Shown in pieces: positions 31,021 through 40,422 of a DNA stretch of 64,000 nucleotides; position 1 is the first letter of the stretch; each line of letters starts with the position of its first letter. The stretch comes from Candidatus Dojkabacteria bacterium. Its GTDB lineage: Bacteria; Patescibacteriota; Dojkabacteria; SC72. Below the pieces are notes generated by a model that did no database searches, was not told the DNA's origin, and saw nothing but the letters and a program-made list of their open reading frames with translations. The stretch covers positions 10,979 through 74,978 of the forward strand of contig DUTP01000006.1 of NCBI GenBank assembly GCA_012842045.1, in the 5' to 3' direction. Both the position numbers and the translations under genes were made by a program.

Positions 31021-31082
31021 ACATGCATGTTGACAGGAAATCCCTTGTAATTATTAATATTTAATGATAGCCTGTACAGATT

Positions 31083-31346
31083 ATGGCACTAACTAAAGAA
31101 GAAAAAGCTAAAGTGGTAAAGCAATTTGAGCTTCATGAAGGAGACACTGGTTCCCCGGAAGTTCAGATAGCTCTACTTAGTAAACAGATTGAAGATTTGA
31201 GCGAGCATTTGAAGGTTCATAAGAAGGATAACCACTCAAGAAGAGGTTTGCTTCAGTTAGTTGGTAAGAGAAGGAGATTACTCCAGTATCTAAAAGAAAA
31301 CGAAATAGAAAGGCATGATGCTTTAGTTAAAAAGCTCAAATTATAG
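31083..31346 (+). CDS. rpsO: 30S ribosomal protein S15
   Basis: [38 protein letters not shown]. Confidence 0.98.
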   Translation: MALTKEEKAKVVKQFELHEGDTGSPEVQIALLSKQIEDLSEHLKVHKKDNHSRRGLLQLVGKRRRLLQYLKENEIERHDALVKKLKL

Positions 31347-31356
31347 AGCTTTTTAC
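31331..31356 (+). terminator. Terminator-like hairpin overlapping the rpsO stop codon
   Basis: AAAAGCTC-aaattata-GAGCTTTTT. Confidence 0.5.
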
Positions 31357-31452
31357 CTTTCCCCTTTCTTTGTAAATACTTTCCCATTAGAATACATATG
31401 TCTTAAGTTTTTATAGACATTCTTTTGTAGATAAATTTAATAATTAATATAA

Positions 31453-33531
31453 ATGTTATACAAAGAAATTAAACATGAGTTTGAGATTGATGGTAGAAAA
31501 TGTTCTTTTGAAACAGGCAAACTAGCACTCAAATCAGAGTCATCTATTCTAGCAAAGATGGGTGATACGGTAATTACTGTAAATGTAAATACCAAACCTT
31601 TATCAGGAGAGATGGACTATTTCCCACTTTCAGTGGAATATATTGAGAAGTTTTATGCTTCTGGTAAAATCAGTGGTTCCAGGTTTGTTAAGAGAGAGAG
31701 GTTTCCCAGTGATGATGCAATCTTAAAAGCTAGGATGATTGATAGGGCAATTAGACCAAGGTTTCCACATGACTACAAGAACGAAGTCAGTGTTATTGTT
31801 ACTGTTATGTCATATGATGAAGAGAATGATCCTGCACTTTTAGCTATTAATGCAGTTTCAGTTGCTTTGATGGCGTCCTCAGCACCATTTGAAGGTCCTC
31901 TTGGTGCTGTAAGATTAGGTTTGGAAGGAGAGAATATTGTAAGTGTGTATAAAGCGATGGATTTGACTTCTGATGAAGAGAAGATGAATTATGTTGTTGC
32001 TGGTGATGGAGAAGTGTTTACTATGATAGATGCAGGTGTGCATATTGTTCCAGAAGAGAAGTTGTTAGAAGGTATGGAGAAATCTCTTGAAATGATGAGT
32101 AAATGGATTAAGCCTCAAGAAGATTTCTTAGCAAAGTTAGAGAATATAGATAAAACATATGAAGCTAAAGCTCTTTCAGGAGAAGTGATAGAAGAAGTTC
32201 GAGGTGTTCTTAGTGAGGAAGAGATTAGGAAAAACTTAGAATCAGGAGATTCTAATCTTCATACAGCTAGCAAGGAGAAATTATATACAGAGTTTGAAGG
32301 GAAATATGCTAAGGCTGATATTAATGAGGCTTATGAATTCTTGCAAAGAGAGATGTTGAGAAAAATTGTATTAACAGAAAATAAAAGAGTTGATGGTAGA
32401 GCAATGGATGAGATTAGAGAGATGGCCACAGAGGTTGATTTATTACCAAGAGTTCATGGGTCAGCTCTGTTCACTAGAGGTGTTACTCAGACATTGACGA
32501 TTGCTACTCTTGGAAGTTTAAGAGATGTGAAGTTGGTTGATGATATGGAAGGAGAGAGAGAGCAGAGGTATATGCACTTCTATAATGATTTACCATTTGC
32601 ATATGGTGATGTAGATAGAGTGAGATTAATGCCAAGTAGACGAGCTATTGGACACGGTATGTTAGCTGAGAAAGCTCTTTGGCCAGTAATTCCTTCAGAG
32701 GAAGAATTCCCATATACAATGTTAGTAATGAGTGAAATACAGGGAGAAAATGGCTCAAGTTCAATGGCTTCAGCTTGTGGTTCTTCTATGGCTTTAATGG
32801 CTGCAGGAGTTCCAATTAAGGATGTTGTAGGAGGAATTGCTTGTGGTTTAGTTACTGGTGAGGAAGGAGAGTTTAAAGTGTTAACAGATATGCAAGGAGT
32901 TGAAGATTTCTATGGTGATATGGACTTCAAAATTACAGGTACATTAGAAGGTGTTACTGCAGTACAGATGGATACCAAGACAAAAGGATTGAGTATGGAA
33001 GTTGTAAGGCAGACATTTGCACAATCTAAAGAAGCTCGACAAGTTGTAATTGCTAAGATTAAAGAAGCAATTGCCGAACCAAGAGAAGAGATGTCTCAAT
33101 ATGCACCACGAGTTGTACAGATTAAAGTACCAACAGACAAGATTGGTGAAATAATTGGTCCTGGAGGTAAGAATATTAGAGAGCTTTCTGAAAAAACAGG
33201 AGCAGAGATCGAGATAGAAGAGGATGGTACTGTAAATATATATAGTACATCAAAAGAATCTATAGATGCGGCATCAAAAGCGATTGGGGGGTACAACTTT
33301 GTACCAGAGGTTGGAGAGATTTATGAAGGTAAAGTAGCTTCTATTATGCCTTACGGCGCTTTTGTAGATCTTGCTCCAAATATCTCAGGTCTTTTGCATG
33401 TATCAGAGATGGCAGACAAATTTATAAAAGATGTCCGAGAATATGTTAACGAAGGAGATGTTCTTAAGGTAAAAATTATTGGTATTGATAAGATGGGTAA
33501 AATTAAGTTGAGTATAAAAGGTGTTAAGTAA
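31453..33531 (+). CDS. pnp: Polyribonucleotide nucleotidyltransferase (PNPase)
   Basis: ETGKLA, RMIDRAIRP, RVHGSALFTRG, NGSSSMAS, GDMDFK, KH and S1 domains. Confidence 0.97.
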   Translation: MLYKEIKHEFEIDGRKCSFETGKLALKSESSILAKMGDTVITVNVNTKPLSGEMDYFPLSVEYIEKFYASGKISGSRFVKRERFPSDDAILKARMIDRAIRPRFPHDYKNEVSVIVTVMSYDEENDPALLAINAVSVALMASSAPFEGPLGAVRLGLEGENIVSVYKAMDLTSDEEKMNYVVAGDGEVFTMIDAGVHIVPEEKLLEGMEKSLEMMSKWIKPQEDFLAKLENIDKTYEAKALSGEVIEEVRGVLSEEEIRKNLESGDSNLHTASKEKLYTEFEGKYAKADINEAYEFLQREMLRKIVLTENKRVDGRAMDEIREMATEVDLLPRVHGSALFTRGVTQTLTIATLGSLRDVKLVDDMEGEREQRYMHFYNDLPFAYGDVDRVRLMPSRRAIGHGMLAEKALWPVIPSEEEFPYTMLVMSEIQGENGSSSMASACGSSMALMAAGVPIKDVVGGIACGLVTGEEGEFKVLTDMQGVEDFYGDMDFKITGTLEGVTAVQMDTKTKGLSMEVVRQTFAQSKEARQVVIAKIKEAIAEPREEMSQYAPRVVQIKVPTDKIGEIIGPGGKNIRELSEKTGAEIEIEEDGTVNIYSTSKESIDAASKAIGGYNFVPEVGEIYEGKVASIMPYGAFVDLAPNISGLLHVSEMADKFIKDVREYVNEGDVLKVKIIGIDKMGKIKLSIKGVK

Positions 33532-33563
33532 ATTTTAACATCTCTTTGTGCTAATATCTTAGT

Positions 33564-34115
33564 ATGAAAGACATACTAGTACATACATGCTGTGCAGATT
33601 GTCTGTTGAATACAGTTCAATATTTAGTCAAAAATGAGCAAATTACTTCTCATGACTCTATTACTATCTTTTTCTACAATCCCAATATACACCCAAGGTC
33701 AGAGTATTTAGAGAGATTAAAAGCTTTAAAAGAAATTCTTCCTAAAGTAGAAGAGCACATTAAAACCAAATTAGTGATTCCCAACTACTCACCAAAAGAA
33801 TATTTCTCTAAGGTTTTACCTGTTAGTACAAAAGTGGGGGAGAGATGTATACATTGTTGGGAGTTAAGGCTTAAAGCTCTTTTTGATTATGCAAAAACAA
33901 ACAGGTTTCAGTATGTAACAACAACTTTACTGACAAGTCATTATCAAAACAGAAAGAAAATTGTAGAGATAGGGAGTGCCTTAGAAAAGGAATACAAAAT
34001 TACTTTTTTAAAAGTAGATCATTTATGTAATGCAAAACATAAAGGTTTTTACAAACAGAACTATTGTGGTTGTTGTTTCTCGCTTGTAGAGAAATATCTT
34101 GATAAGAATATATAA
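33564..34115 (+). CDS. queH: Epoxyqueuosine reductase QueH
   Basis: HTCCADC, FYNPNIHP..EY, RCIHC, TTLL, YKQNYCGC. Confidence 0.88.
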   Translation: MKDILVHTCCADCLLNTVQYLVKNEQITSHDSITIFFYNPNIHPRSEYLERLKALKEILPKVEEHIKTKLVIPNYSPKEYFSKVLPVSTKVGERCIHCWELRLKALFDYAKTNRFQYVTTTLLTSHYQNRKKIVEIGSALEKEYKITFLKVDHLCNAKHKGFYKQNYCGCCFSLVEKYLDKNI

Positions 34116-34134
34116 ATTTGTGAGCTAAAAAGGT

Positions 34135-34254
34135 ATGAAATATTTTTGGATAGGTGTACTAAGTTTCCCTGTACTATTATTAATCTTATTAGTTATATCT
34201 AAAATTCTACCCAGCAAGGATATAGATGATAATCCAGAAGATGAAGAGGAATAG
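34135..34254 (+). CDS. Small single-pass membrane protein (39 aa)
   Basis: Manual translation MKYFWIGVLSFPVLLLILLVISKILPSKDIDDNPEDEEE*; below the ORF-track cutoff. Confidence 0.6.
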   Translation: MKYFWIGVLSFPVLLLILLVISKILPSKDIDDNPEDEEE

Positions 34255-34317
34255 TTTCTATACTTTTACTGTTTTGAAACCTTCTTGTAAGAAATCTAAG
34301 TTACTATCTTCATAGAC

Positions 34318-34995
34318 ATGAAAAGACAGAAAGTTTTAATTGTTGAAGATAATGCTACCTTAGTTCATATGTTGCAACGTTTTTTTGATGGTTTAGGGTT
34401 TGATAGTGACTATGCATATACAGGTAAACAGTTTACACAGAGATTGAGAGAAGAACATTACGTTTTAATTATTGTTGATATTATGCTACCGGACACTTCA
34501 GGGTTTAACATTATTAAGAAAATTCGTAGGTTTAACAAGGAGAAACCAATTATTGTAATAACGACAGATGAAGAAATAGAGAGCCAAATAAAATCTTTTA
34601 AGGAAGGGGCAAGTCTTTTTCATAAAAAGCCAATCGAATACACTTTACTTCGGGAACAGGTATTCAATTTATTGAGAAAGGATAGTGTTGATGTGGAAAA
34701 GGAGATAGGAGAACTTGTTATAAACTTGAATAGTAGGACAGTGAAGAAGGGAAATAAGGATATATCTTTGACATGTTTAGAGTTTGCTATGTTGGAGGTT
34801 TTAATTAATAACGCCAAAAGTATATTAAGTAGAGAAGCCATTATTTCCCTACTTGATGAAGATGGTTGTGAAAAGGAATTAACAAGTGTTGATACCATAG
34901 TTTGTAGGATAAGGAAGAAATTAGGGGAAGAGATTCAAGATAGTATCATTGAAACAGTAAGAGGTGTTGGTTACAGGATTCGTTCAGGAATATAG
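34318..34995 (+). CDS. OmpR/PhoB-family response regulator
   Basis: VLIVEDN, IIVDIMLP, KP, winged-helix C-terminus IETVRGVGY. Confidence 0.92.
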   Translation: MKRQKVLIVEDNATLVHMLQRFFDGLGFDSDYAYTGKQFTQRLREEHYVLIIVDIMLPDTSGFNIIKKIRRFNKEKPIIVITTDEEIESQIKSFKEGASLFHKKPIEYTLLREQVFNLLRKDSVDVEKEIGELVINLNSRTVKKGNKDISLTCLEFAMLEVLINNAKSILSREAIISLLDEDGCEKELTSVDTIVCRIRKKLGEEIQDSIIETVRGVGYRIRSGI

Positions 34996-36060
34996 TAGGA
35001 AATACAGTGAAACCGTGTTCTTTCCGTCTTTCTCTTTTTTAATCTTCATATATCCATTAAAAACTTCTTTAATTGAATCTTCAACAAAAGCTAACCCTGT
35101 ACTAATATACTTACACTTTCTTGATATGAAGTATCTCTCTTGACAGACCTCAATGATATCAGGATTTATTCCCTTACCAGTATCACTAATATCAATAACA
35201 AAATATTTTCCCTCTGTTCTTGTTGTAATAAATATCTTCTTATCTTTTTCCCTTTTCTCTAACTCTTCTAAAGCATTAAGAAAAATATTCCCAACAATCC
35301 TAAGAAAAGTACTTCTATTTCCTTGTAGTATTTTCTTTCTGGTATACTTCTCAATAACAGTGATTTCAGCACGACTTATTCTATGCTTGGATAATGAAAT
35401 AATTGATTTTACACATTCCTCAGCATTGAATTTCTCAAAATTATATTGACAAGAATAGTCCTTCATTAAAAAATTAGTACTATTTAACATCTCTACGATT
35501 TGGTTTACTGCATTGTCAATATCATTAAAAATCTCTCTATATTCCTTTTTTGTTAAAGCATCTCTTTTCATGAATTCACATCCAAGAGAAAGGACACTCA
35601 CAGGTGTACTCACATCATGGATTAAAGATCTAGCTATTTTACCCAACAATCTGTTTGCATGTTCATGTTTAGCTGTAATTATTAAATTCTCTCTTTTTTC
35701 TCGAAAAAGGGTAATATTCTTAAATATGAAGATGATAAATCTGAGAAGCAAGGTTAGTATTGCAAAGAAGTAAAAGAAAGTTAGAAAGTAATATTGTGGA
35801 AATCTTTTCACAAAAATTAGAACAGGAATGTAACAGAAGAACAGAAACAGAGTTAATACTAACAGTAAAATTCTTGTTGAGTGTTTTCTTAAAGAGACAT
35901 ATGCCAAAGTAAAAACAACAGAAGCGATTAGAAAAATTAATGCGAAACTCTTTTCTGAGACAAGAATACCTACTAGGATAAGGGCCAGAAATCCAATACT
36001 AAAGAAAGAATCTGTAAGTTTTTGGAGGTTTTGGTCTAATCTTTCTTTTGAGGACAACAT
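34984..36060 (-). CDS. Membrane sensor histidine kinase
   Basis: Four TMs, H-box IHDVSTP, N-box NIFLNA, G1 ISDTGKG, G2-like TGLA; convergent with the response regulator. Confidence 0.88.
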   Translation of the reverse strand: MLSSKERLDQNLQKLTDSFFSIGFLALILVGILVSEKSFALIFLIASVVFTLAYVSLRKHSTRILLLVLTLFLFFCYIPVLIFVKRFPQYYFLTFFYFFAILTLLLRFIIFIFKNITLFREKRENLIITAKHEHANRLLGKIARSLIHDVSTPVSVLSLGCEFMKRDALTKKEYREIFNDIDNAVNQIVEMLNSTNFLMKDYSCQYNFEKFNAEECVKSIISLSKHRISRAEITVIEKYTRKKILQGNRSTFLRIVGNIFLNALEELEKREKDKKIFITTRTEGKYFVIDISDTGKGINPDIIEVCQERYFISRKCKYISTGLAFVEDSIKEVFNGYMKIKKEKDGKNTVSLYFLLYS

Positions 36061-36153
36061 TGAGTGCAGGTCTTTAGATTAACTTGGACTTATATAAATA
36101 ATATACTCCTTTTGTTTCAATTTCCTTACAAAAATGTGTGATATAATTGTGCT

Positions 36154-36627
36154 ATGTCAAAACCTTTAAGAATATTAACAATTGATAACAAAAAAGATGA
36201 AGAGGTCTTAAGGACTCCAAGCAAAGATGTTGCTTTGGAAGAGATTGGGAGTACAGATTTTGAAGCCTTTTTAGAGAAATTACTTTTGACAGCAAAATTA
36301 AGTGAGGAGCCAGCTGGTGGAATTGCAGCACCTCAGGTTGGTGTGAATAAAAACATATTTTTCTTACTCAATTATGACACGAATGAATGGGAAGTTTTTA
36401 TTAATCCAGAAGTTGAACCTGTTGGTTTTGTAAAAACGAGTATAGAAGAATCATGCCTCAGTGTTCCCAATGTAGAAGAGGAGGTACAGAGATATAAAAA
36501 TATTAGAATTAAATATTTAGATAGAGAAGGTAAAAAACATACTAGGAAATATAAGGATCTCAACGCTGTAACCATACAACATGAAAAAGATCATTTAGAT
36601 GGTATACTGTTTATAGATAGAATATAA
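36154..36627 (+). CDS. def: Peptide deformylase
   Basis: GIAAPQVG, ESCLS, QHEKDHLDG. Confidence 0.95.
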   Translation: MSKPLRILTIDNKKDEEVLRTPSKDVALEEIGSTDFEAFLEKLLLTAKLSEEPAGGIAAPQVGVNKNIFFLLNYDTNEWEVFINPEVEPVGFVKTSIEESCLSVPNVEEEVQRYKNIRIKYLDREGKKHTRKYKDLNAVTIQHEKDHLDGILFIDRI

Positions 36628-36644
36628 TTTTTTTACAATCTGCC

Positions 36645-37739
36645 TTGATGAAAACATTTTTTAAAAGAATAATCACAATTACATTATTTGTTGTACTATT
36701 TGCATCTTTTGCATCTTCTCAATCTTTTGCAGAAGAGACTGTGGAGAAGAAATCAGTAAATAAAGTTGAAAGTTCTTCTGGTTTAAAGCAATTGGATATG
36801 ACAATTCCTGATATAACAGATAATCCTAGTTTTATCCTAACATTTAAAGATCCTTCAGAGAAGAAAGAAGGTGTTCATCTTAAGATAAATGGTAAAGATT
36901 CAGAAGTCATAACTAGTCCGTATACTTTACCTGCTCTTAGTATTGGTAATCATGTCCTTTCTTTTAAATTTGTAGATGAGTATGGCTTAACACAAACTTT
37001 TGAGGAAGAAATTATAATAATTCCAAGAGCCCCAATTTTAAATACTCCAATTAAGAATGTTGATGATATTACGATTTCCGGGTCAGCATTGGCAGGCTCA
37101 GAAGTGGTATTAATTATTAGTTCTAATCAAAAAATGTTTACTAGAATTGCAGAGGTTGATAAGGATGGTCTTTGGAGTGTACAGATAGTAGAGGAGATGC
37201 CAGAAGATATATATTCATTCTCTGCATTTACAAGGAAATATGGTTACGCTAGTAATTTAGCTGATGCTTTAACACTTGATCTTACTGGAGTTAAGCCTGT
37301 TGTTAGTGAGAATTCTAAGGAAAAAATTCATTTTGCATTTAAAGATATTACTAAGAATAATATCAATGAGGTTTTTAGTGGAAATGTAGATCTTTTAGTA
37401 CTCGTAGGAAGTTTGTTTCTAATAGGTCTCCTTCTCGGTTTTTTGTTTTCCTCTTTGATTAAGAAAAGGAAAGAAAACAAAGTAATAAATGAGGTTTCTA
37501 AGACTTTAGAGAAACCAGTTGTTGGAGAGGAAAAACCTTTGACTTTACTAGAGAAATTAAAAGATAAAACTGTAAATATTGAGAATCCTGTAGAAGAAGA
37601 GAAAGAACCTAAAGAGAAACCAGTAAAGAAAAATGAGAAAGAGAACAAAGGAGAAAAAATTGTTACTAAGATAGATTTCTTGAAAAACTATCAAGAACAT
37701 GACCCTGATGATGATAGAGGTAAAGAGAAAAAGAAGTAG
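36645..37739 (+). CDS. Type I membrane protein with Ig-like domains and a charged tail
   Basis: Signal peptide (SFA), ITISGSA..GSEV...VDKDGLWS (bacterial Ig-like), TM near aa 250-272, Lys/Glu-rich tail. Confidence 0.65.
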   Translation: MMKTFFKRIITITLFVVLFASFASSQSFAEETVEKKSVNKVESSSGLKQLDMTIPDITDNPSFILTFKDPSEKKEGVHLKINGKDSEVITSPYTLPALSIGNHVLSFKFVDEYGLTQTFEEEIIIIPRAPILNTPIKNVDDITISGSALAGSEVVLIISSNQKMFTRIAEVDKDGLWSVQIVEEMPEDIYSFSAFTRKYGYASNLADALTLDLTGVKPVVSENSKEKIHFAFKDITKNNINEVFSGNVDLLVLVGSLFLIGLLLGFLFSSLIKKRKENKVINEVSKTLEKPVVGEEKPLTLLEKLKDKTVNIENPVEEEKEPKEKPVKKNEKENKGEKIVTKIDFLKNYQEHDPDDDRGKEKKK

Positions 37740-37769
37740 GATATGGTAAAATCCTAGTTGTCCAGATAA

Positions 37770-37853
37770 GCCAAAGTGGTGGAATTGGCAGACACGCTAC
37801 ATTCAGGATGTAGTCCTAGAAATAGGGTGGGGGTTCAACTCCCCCCTTTGGCA
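37770..37853 (+). tRNA. tRNA-Leu(CAG)
   Basis: Acceptor GCCAAAG/CTTTGGC plus discriminator A; D loop TGGAATTGGCAGACA; anticodon arm CTACA-TTCAGGA-TGTAG; long variable arm; T arm GGGGG-TTCAACT-CCCCC. CCA is not encoded. Confidence 0.95.
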
Positions 37854-37863
37854 CTCTGGTTTT

Positions 37864-39639
37864 TTATTCCCAAGTCCATTCTTCTATATTATGAAATCTG
37901 TCATATGCGTGATTTATGCTTTCTAAATCTAGTCCTTCTAGATTATCTTTAGTAATATATTCAAAAACAGGGGTGTATAGGAATATAGCAGGAGCATCTG
38001 CAACTAAATACTTCTGGAATAAATCATATTTCTGTTTCCTAGTATTTCTATTATTACTCTGTCTTCCTTCTTCTAGAAGAATATCGACTCTATCATACTC
38101 ATATCCAGAGAGATTAAGGTCAGGATAATTAATCTTAAGTGAATGCCAGAGATTGTATTGGTCTGGGTCAGTACTTGTCTCAACTTCATATAACAACATC
38201 TCAAAATTCCTAGTGGAAATGGCTTCTTGTGTAATTTGCTCATATGACATTCCTACAGGTTTTATAAAGACTCCTTCTTTTGCATAATAATCTACTAGAA
38301 GACTAACTAGTCTGTTGTTACTATCATTCTCAAAATATGTGATAGAGAAAGAAAAAATATTCCCATCAGGGTCTTCATAATACCCACTATTCTCATTCCT
38401 CTTGTAATGAAGAGAATTTAAAGTTTCCTCAGCCTTTTGTGGATTGTAAGAAAGATAATCAATATCTCTATTATAAAACCAAGAATCTTCAGGTATAGGA
38501 CCATTTAAAATATCTCCACCTATATTGTACTCTTCAATTAAATCATCTTTGTTTAACAGTGTACTTAAAACAACTCTAACCTTCTTATCTTTCAAAGAAT
38601 CTTTTCTTGTATTTAGAAATATAATTCTCTCTCGGTCTGTGATATGTAGCAAGTGTTTTTCATATCCAGAATATTCTTCAGTATATTTACTAGCTTCTCT
38701 GTCCCATGAACCAATTGCATCTAAATCACCAATTCTAAAAGCATTCTCTAAAGCTTTAGAATCAGGATATATCTTAAATACAATCTCCTTTATCTCAGGA
38801 TTATATTTGTCATACTTATTATCTCTAAGAACAACGCTACCTGTATCAATTTTAACTAACTCATACTTTCCACTTCCCATCGGCTTCTTTGAGAATGGAT
38901 CAAATGCAATCTTTGATACACTAACCTCTTCTAACTTTGATTTTGGAATTATTGCAATAGAAACTGCACGGAAGAATAGGGGATTAGCTTCTTTTGTTTT
39001 AAATCGAATGGTTTGTTCATCAATTTTTTCTACTTCAACATTACTAAAAGCTGAACCAACAGAGTCAAAACTTTCTTTCTCTGACAGTGCTATTGCAGTA
39101 TTAAATGTAAAAAGTACATCATCAACTGTTAATCTTGTACCATCATGCCAGTAAGAAGTATCATCTATCACAAAATCATAAACCAAACCTTTTTCTTTTA
39201 TTTCCCAACTCTTAGCAACACCTGGAGAGGGTTCTCCATTCTTATCTATATATATGAAATTCTCAAAGACTAAGCTTCTAATGGATCTCTCTATATAGTT
39301 GTTTGTAACAAATAGAGGGTTTAATGTATTAACACTTCCTACAACACCTTCTACGAATGTGTCTTTTTTAATATGCCTTGAAAATTTCTGTTTTACAGTA
39401 TCAGATTGTAGAAGCATTACAAAAAGGAAAACCAGAAGACCAAAGATTATAATATAGCTAAGAGGTATTAGTTTTTTGTAAAGAGTTTTGAGAAATATTG
39501 GATAATTCCAAAAAATATCTCTGATATCGAATTTCTTCTCAGAGGGAGAGTCTTTTACTTTGAAGTCTATATCTTCCAGAGCATCTTGTATAGAAGATAT
39601 TCCTTTTGAAGATATGTCTGCTTTCTTTTCCTTCTTCAT
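37864..39639 (-). CDS. ABC peptide substrate-binding protein (family 5), TM-anchored
   Basis: LNPL, GVAKSW, WHDG..LTVDDVLFT, PMGSGKY, DPDQY..WHS, NLSGY. Confidence 0.85.
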   Translation of the reverse strand: MKKEKKADISSKGISSIQDALEDIDFKVKDSPSEKKFDIRDIFWNYPIFLKTLYKKLIPLSYIIIFGLLVFLFVMLLQSDTVKQKFSRHIKKDTFVEGVVGSVNTLNPLFVTNNYIERSIRSLVFENFIYIDKNGEPSPGVAKSWEIKEKGLVYDFVIDDTSYWHDGTRLTVDDVLFTFNTAIALSEKESFDSVGSAFSNVEVEKIDEQTIRFKTKEANPLFFRAVSIAIIPKSKLEEVSVSKIAFDPFSKKPMGSGKYELVKIDTGSVVLRDNKYDKYNPEIKEIVFKIYPDSKALENAFRIGDLDAIGSWDREASKYTEEYSGYEKHLLHITDRERIIFLNTRKDSLKDKKVRVVLSTLLNKDDLIEEYNIGGDILNGPIPEDSWFYNRDIDYLSYNPQKAEETLNSLHYKRNENSGYYEDPDGNIFSFSITYFENDSNNRLVSLLVDYYAKEGVFIKPVGMSYEQITQEAISTRNFEMLLYEVETSTDPDQYNLWHSLKINYPDLNLSGYEYDRVDILLEEGRQSNNRNTRKQKYDLFQKYLVADAPAIFLYTPVFEYITKDNLEGLDLESINHAYDRFHNIEEWTWE

Positions 39640-39661
39640 ATGCAGTAAGTGAAATTATCTA

Positions 39662-39883
39662 CTACTTAGAAGATATTTTTAAGATGAGAAGAGATAGAAC
39701 AACTAAAACTAATATCAATACTATTGTAAAGTAGTAGAGAAACTTTTCTAAACCTCTTTTTGTTCTAAATATCTCTCCGCCACCTCCAAACATTTGACCT
39801 AGTCCTTCAGCTCTATTCTGCAAAAGAACACTAGCTACTAGTAAGCAACAGACAACTATTTGTAATATTAGTAATCCTTTCAT
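39662..39883 (-). CDS. secG: Preprotein translocase subunit SecG
   Basis: Two TMs with VLLQ..GLG..FGG...RTKRGLEK. Confidence 0.92.
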   Translation of the reverse strand: MKGLLILQIVVCCLLVASVLLQNRAEGLGQMFGGGGEIFRTKRGLEKFLYYFTIVLILVLVVLSLLILKISSK

Positions 39884-39910
39884 GGGAGATATTATACACT
39901 AAAACTTTAA

Positions 39911-40321
39911 TTATTGCTTCCTATCAAGCTCTTTGTAAACAGACATAAGGAAAGAAGATAGGAAGGATACTAATACAATAGATACTATTGGAGGTGCTGT
40001 AAACTTCTTGATTTCTAAACTCCCAGCCCTTAAGCCTTCGAATACAAAATCATTAATTGCGAAATCAACCATAAACATTTTCATTAAGTAGAGGACTCCT
40101 GTTAGTAGTAGTGTCCCCATTACTAAGAATGTTAGGAAGTTACACTTTATTGTTAAGAAATTAAGGATAGGGCATGTTACGAGCAATGCTAAACCTCCTG
40201 CTAGTAAGACAATGAAGAGATATATAGGGGATGAAGGTAGATGGATGTTTGCTTGGAATAGTGATAACAAGAAATAGAATACTAACATACTAACAAAAAC
40301 TAATTTTGTACCCTCTTTCAT
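39911..40321 (-). CDS. 4-TM membrane protein, YvlD/phage-holin-superfamily IV-like
   Basis: Four hydrophobic helices with PILNFLT..NFLT, resembling the YvlD family. Confidence 0.55.
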   Translation of the reverse strand: MKEGTKLVFVSMLVFYFLLSLFQANIHLPSSPIYLFIVLLAGGLALLVTCPILNFLTIKCNFLTFLVMGTLLLTGVLYLMKMFMVDFAINDFVFEGLRAGSLEIKKFTAPPIVSIVLVSFLSSFLMSVYKELDRKQ

Positions 40322-40422
40322 TTTCAGAAATATTTAATTAAGTTCTCTACAAACAAGAATACTATGTTTTAGTGAGAATTACAAAAGAGAGGTAATATTT
40401 CTGATTTAGTATATAATTGAAT

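Noticed and set aside
22488-34986. Alternative genetic code (TGA = Gly, code 25)
   Set aside because: Conserved genes are full length under code 11, and TGA ends the XRE and kinase genes at plausible positions.
37770-37853. tRNA-Leu as an integration site for an island
   Set aside because: No integrase nearby and no duplicated tRNA 3' end seen in the window.
39911-40321. Holin-like gene as evidence of a prophage
   Set aside because: YvlD-like proteins are common chromosomal genes, and no phage structural or replication genes surround it.
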